64,000 bases of DNA from Cyanophora paradoxa CCMP329 (taxonomy: Eukaryota > Plantae > Glaucophyta), in the NCBI GenBank assembly GCA_004431415.1, contig QPMI01000542.1, positions 124,001 to 188,000 on the forward strand. Direction: 5' to 3'. The translations under genes and the position numbers were made by a program. Of the stretch, positions 60,144 through 64,000 are shown piece by piece. Under the pieces are notes generated by a model that was given only the letters and a program-made list of their open reading frames with translations, was not told the DNA's origin and did no database searches. Every line of letters begins with the position of its first letter. Position 1 is the stretch's first letter.

Positions 60144-63100
60144 TGGTAGGGGGTACTGCATTCGTGCTGCGTTCGCTACGCTCACCCCCGCGGCCTCCGG
60201 CGGCAGTACCCGGCTTCGGATCCCCGAACCCGGAAGAAACCGCGTACCCCTCCCCGGGGTACGCCGTTCGCCCCAACCGGCCCCACAAGGCGCGGCCCGA
60301 GGCCGAACGCGTACCCCGGAGAGGGTACGGCGTCAGAGCGGCCCCGATCAAGTGTACCCCGAGCGGGGTACCCCGATCGGCCCGCGACGGCCCCGAGCGG
60401 AGTACCCCGAACGGGGTACACCGTCTCGACCCGCAACGGCCCTCCCGGGGTACAGGCGCCTAGCACGCTTACCCGGAGAGTTCTTGTTCCGGAACTCGCA
60501 AGGGCGAGGCCGGAATGGCATACGGCGATCCGCCCTGGTCGATCGCCAACGTATTATGATACGTGGTTCCCGGGAAAGCAGCCTTGAGCTGCCGTACCTC
60601 AGGGCCCAACCCGATGCGCTATCCCGTGCATCTAGCTAAGTAGTGTCGGGCGTAAGATAGCTAGGTCTTCTGCATTCGAATGAAGCGAGGCGTAAATCGG
60701 GATTTGCGCTCTCAATGCGTAAATCGAGTTTTGCGCCGACGGAATGCGAACAAAGAAGACCGTAGCCGAGCGCCAGGCACGAAAGAGCTGAGCGACTTGC
60801 TAGCCGCGGTAGCGGCGCGAGGCGAGCACGGGATTAGCAGCAGGCTGCTGCGAGCGCCCCGCAAGGGACTAGCTGAGCTAGCCGTTGGGCCGAGCCGGCG
60901 GGCTTGAAGCCGCCGAGCTCCGAGGGGTACGCTGATTCGGGGTTTCCCTTCACGCCCAGCTTCGCTCGCGGCCGCCCCAGGCCACGGAGCGACCAGCGGC
61001 GAAGCGAAATCGCTCCCGCCCACCTCCCCGCGATTTTTCCTTCCGGGGCGCCGAACCTCGCCACCCAGCGAGCCCCGGCACCGCGAAAAAGTTCGCGCAA
61101 AAAGGCAATGCATACGGCGACCAGCGCCAGCGTTCGCCGAGGGTATTATAATACGTGGTTCCTTGCCGTCTCCTGTGCACATGGTTCCGGACGCTACTCC
61201 CGCTCGGTGCCGACCACCAGCGCGGACGTGGTCGTGCACAGCTGATCCGTGGTAATTTACAATGGTTCCGTCGCGATCGAAGATTCGGGCACGAACCGCG
61301 CAGACTCGGTGTACCGGTCGTGATTCGTGTTTCCACGCGCGTCCGCTGGACCCACTTGTGCCGGGCCGGGGTCCAGCGCGCCCCCCAGAAACAGTCGCGC
61401 GGCTTCGTGGAGAATCTCGAGTTTTTCCCGCTGGGTTTTACCCTGTTTTCCTCTGGACCCGCGGGTGCCGAGCCGGGGTCCAGCGCGCATGACCGTTACG
61501 CGGTTTTCCCGCGGTAACTTGCTGGTTTTTCGAGTCTGCCGCCCCGGCGCGGGGGGAGACTTCGCGCATGATTCGGAGTCCTGTTGGTTTTTGATGAGCC
61601 TCGGTTGTCGTACGTTGCACGACGCCTTGGTCTCATGGTCGTCTGCGGACGACGGGCACGCTACGCGTGTGGTAGGGGGTACTGCATTCGTGCTGCGTTC
61701 GCTACGCTCACCCCCGCGGCCTCCGGCGGCGGTACCCGGCTTCGGATCCCCGAACCCGGAAGAAACCGCGTACCCCTCCCCGGGGTACGCCGTTCGCCCC
61801 AACCGGCCCCACAAGGCGCGGCCCGAGGCCGAACGCGTACCCCGGAGAGGGGTTCGGCGTCAGAGCGGCCCCGATCAAGTGTACCCCCGAGCGGGGTACC
61901 CCGATCGGCCCCGCGACGGCCCCGAGCGGAGTACCCCCGAACGGGGTACACCGTCTCGACCCGCAACGGCCCTCCCCGGGGTACAGGCGCCTAGCACGCT
62001 TACCCCGGAGAGTTCTTGTTCCGGAACTCGCAAGGGCGAGGCCGGAATGGCATACGGCGATCCGCCCTGGTCGATCGCCAACGTATTATGATACGTGGTT
62101 CCCGGGAAAGCAGCCTTGAGCTGCCGTACCTCAGGGCCCAACCCGATGCGCTATCCCGTGCATCTAGCTAAGTAGTGTCGGGCGTAAGATAGCTAGGTCT
62201 TCTGCATTCGAATGAAGCGAGGCGTAAATCGGGATTTGCGCTCTCAATGCGTAAATCGAGTTTTGCGCCGACGGAATGCGAGGAGACGGGTACGAGAAAA
62301 TTTCCCACCGCGTCGGCGCGCGGCTGGCTGCGGCCCGTCCATGGCGCCGCCGCTGTCGCTCAGCGTGACCAGCGTGAGGTAGGCGGCTGGCGCGCCGAGC
62401 GGCGGCGCGAAATGGGCGTCGAGTTGGCGCCTCGGCAGCCGGCCTTGTCGCCGGCCATTCCGCAGGAGATTCAGGAGCGCGCGCGTCAGGGGTTAGCTTC
62501 TATGATGTCTCCGGCTCGGCGAGGAGTGCCGCGGGAGCGGTCGCGGCGACGTCGGATGGCCGCAATGTCGGCCAGCTTTCGCGCAAAGCCCGCGCCGCCA
62601 TGCGCCGCAGCGTTAGTGAACGCGCGGTAGCCGTGGCGTGGCACACTGGCGCGGCGACGTGTTCCGTCAACACGCGGACGGCGCCCGGCCCCCGCTCCCT
62701 TGCTTGGCAGCTGGGGCTCATCGGCGCTCTCTCATTTCGTTCCGCTCCTCATTTCTTCGCAGTCGAGTCGCTAGATGGCGGCTTTTTTCCACATGCAGGG
62801 AAGCTCAGGTCTTTCCGTCGACTTTTGCTTGTCAGGCGTAGTGCCTCTCCTGCCCTCCGCTATACGTGGGTCTTTCCTAGGGCGGACTTCCACGTCTGGA
62901 GGGTGTTTGCGCGCTCTGTTTGCCTTCATCGGTCTGCGTAGGGCGCTGGGCTTTTTCTGCAGGTGTATCTTTCGGCCTCTCGCCCCATTTGTAGATATAG
63001 GACGTAGATAGAATTTCCCACCACTTAGACAGAGCACAGCACTCGACGGTCCTCAATGTTATCTAGTCGGAGAGATAAATTGGGCGATGTGAAACTCCTA

Positions 63101-64000
63101 GTAGTTGTTGTTGTGTGCTAATGCAAATCCTTTCCTTGCCGACGGAATGCGAACAAAGAAGACCGTAGCCGAGCGCCAGGCACGAAAGAGCTGAGCGACT
63201 CGCTAGCCGCGGTAGCGGCGCGAGGCGAGCACGGGATTAGCAGCAGGCTGCTGCGAGCGCCCCGCAAGGGACTAGCTGAGCTAGCCGTTGGGCCGAGCCG
63301 GCGGGCTTGAAGCCGCCAAGCTCCGAGGGGTACGCTGATTCGGGGTTTCCCTTCACGCCCAGCTTCGCTCGCGGCCGCCCCAGGCCACGGAGCGACCAGC
63401 GGCGAAGCGAAATCGCTCCCGCCCACCTCCCCGCGATTTTTCCTTCCGGGGCGCCGAACCTCGCCACCCAGCGAGCCCCGGCACCGCGAAAAAGTTCGCG
63501 CAAAAAGGCAATGCATACGGCGACCAGCGCCAGCGTTCGCCGAGGGTATTATAATACGTGGTTCCTTGCCGTCTCCTGTGCACATGGTTCCGGACGCTAC
63601 TCCCGCTCGGTGCCGACCACCAGCGCGGACGTGGTCGTGCACAGCTGATCCGTGGTAATTTACAATGGTTCCGTCGAAGATTCGGGCACGAACCGCGCAG
63701 ACTCGGTGTACCGGTCGTGATTCGTGTTTCCACGCGCGTCCGCTGGACCCACTTGTGCCGGGCCGGGGTCCAGCGCGCCCCCCAGAAACAGTCGCGCGGC
63801 TTCGTGGAGAATCTCGAGTTTTTCCCGCTGGGTTTTACCCTGTTTTCCTCTGGACCCGCGGGTGCCGAGCCGGGGTCCAGCGCGCATGACCGTTACGCGG
63901 TTTTCCCGCGGTAACTTGCTGGTTTTTCGAGTCTGCCGCCCCGGCGCGGGGGGAGACTTCGCGCATGATTCGGAGTCCTGTTGGTTTTTGATGAGCCTCG
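60144..64000. repeat. Head-to-tail ~1526-bp repeat, two copies (second interrupted and running off the window)
   Basis: TGGTAGGGGGTACTGCATTCG starts at 60144 and 61670. The copies are near-identical apart from homopolymer lengths, a few substitutions, a 6-bp indel and an 856-bp insertion. Confidence 0.92.
62282..63137 (+). mobile_element. 856-bp retroposed insertion (heavily 5'-truncated LINE or SINE-like) with 15-bp TSD
   Basis: GCCGACGGAATGCGA is duplicated at 62267-62281 and 63138-63152. The empty site is present in the other copies (~60735, ~52052). Its 3' end shares motifs with the large retrotransposon. Confidence 0.88.

Noticed and set aside
60144-61669. rRNA/5S/snRNA/tRNA tandem gene unit
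   Set aside because: No recognisable RNA-gene sequence or cloverleaf.

Overview
Very GC-rich, intron-dense eukaryotic DNA with short GT-AG and GC-AG introns; it looks like a GC-rich alga or protist, but the taxon is not determined. Most ORFs in the six-frame track are GC or repeat artefacts. The left half holds spliced genes: the 3' end of a gene with duplicated exon units, an EF-hand-like protein gene, a ~10.3-kb minus-strand gene for a large signal-peptide + C-terminal TM protein, and a DUF4062-TPR-WD40 gene apparently lacking its NACHT domain. In the middle, a lower-GC island carries two divergently oriented paralogs built from a Cys-repeat module, separated by a nest of TA-flanked MITEs and a pogo-like DDE fragment. 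The right part is a transposon nest: a 5'-truncated RT + RNase H + CCHC non-LTR retrotransposon (minus strand) split by a CACTG-ended En/Spm-type element (80-bp TIRs, 3-bp TSD); a second 7.8-kb CACAG-ended element filled with 160-bp and ~139-bp satellites; a ~1.5-kb tandem repeat; and an 856-bp retro-insertion with a 15-bp TSD. The most striking observation comes from comparing repeat copies inside the window. It shows a recurring mutation in which a triplet XYZ becomes XYZ-revcomp(XYZ)-XYZ (+6 bp, frame-preserving), with six clean paired examples. Such 9-mers are common across the window and may explain its AGAG/GPGP/STST-type peptide runs.
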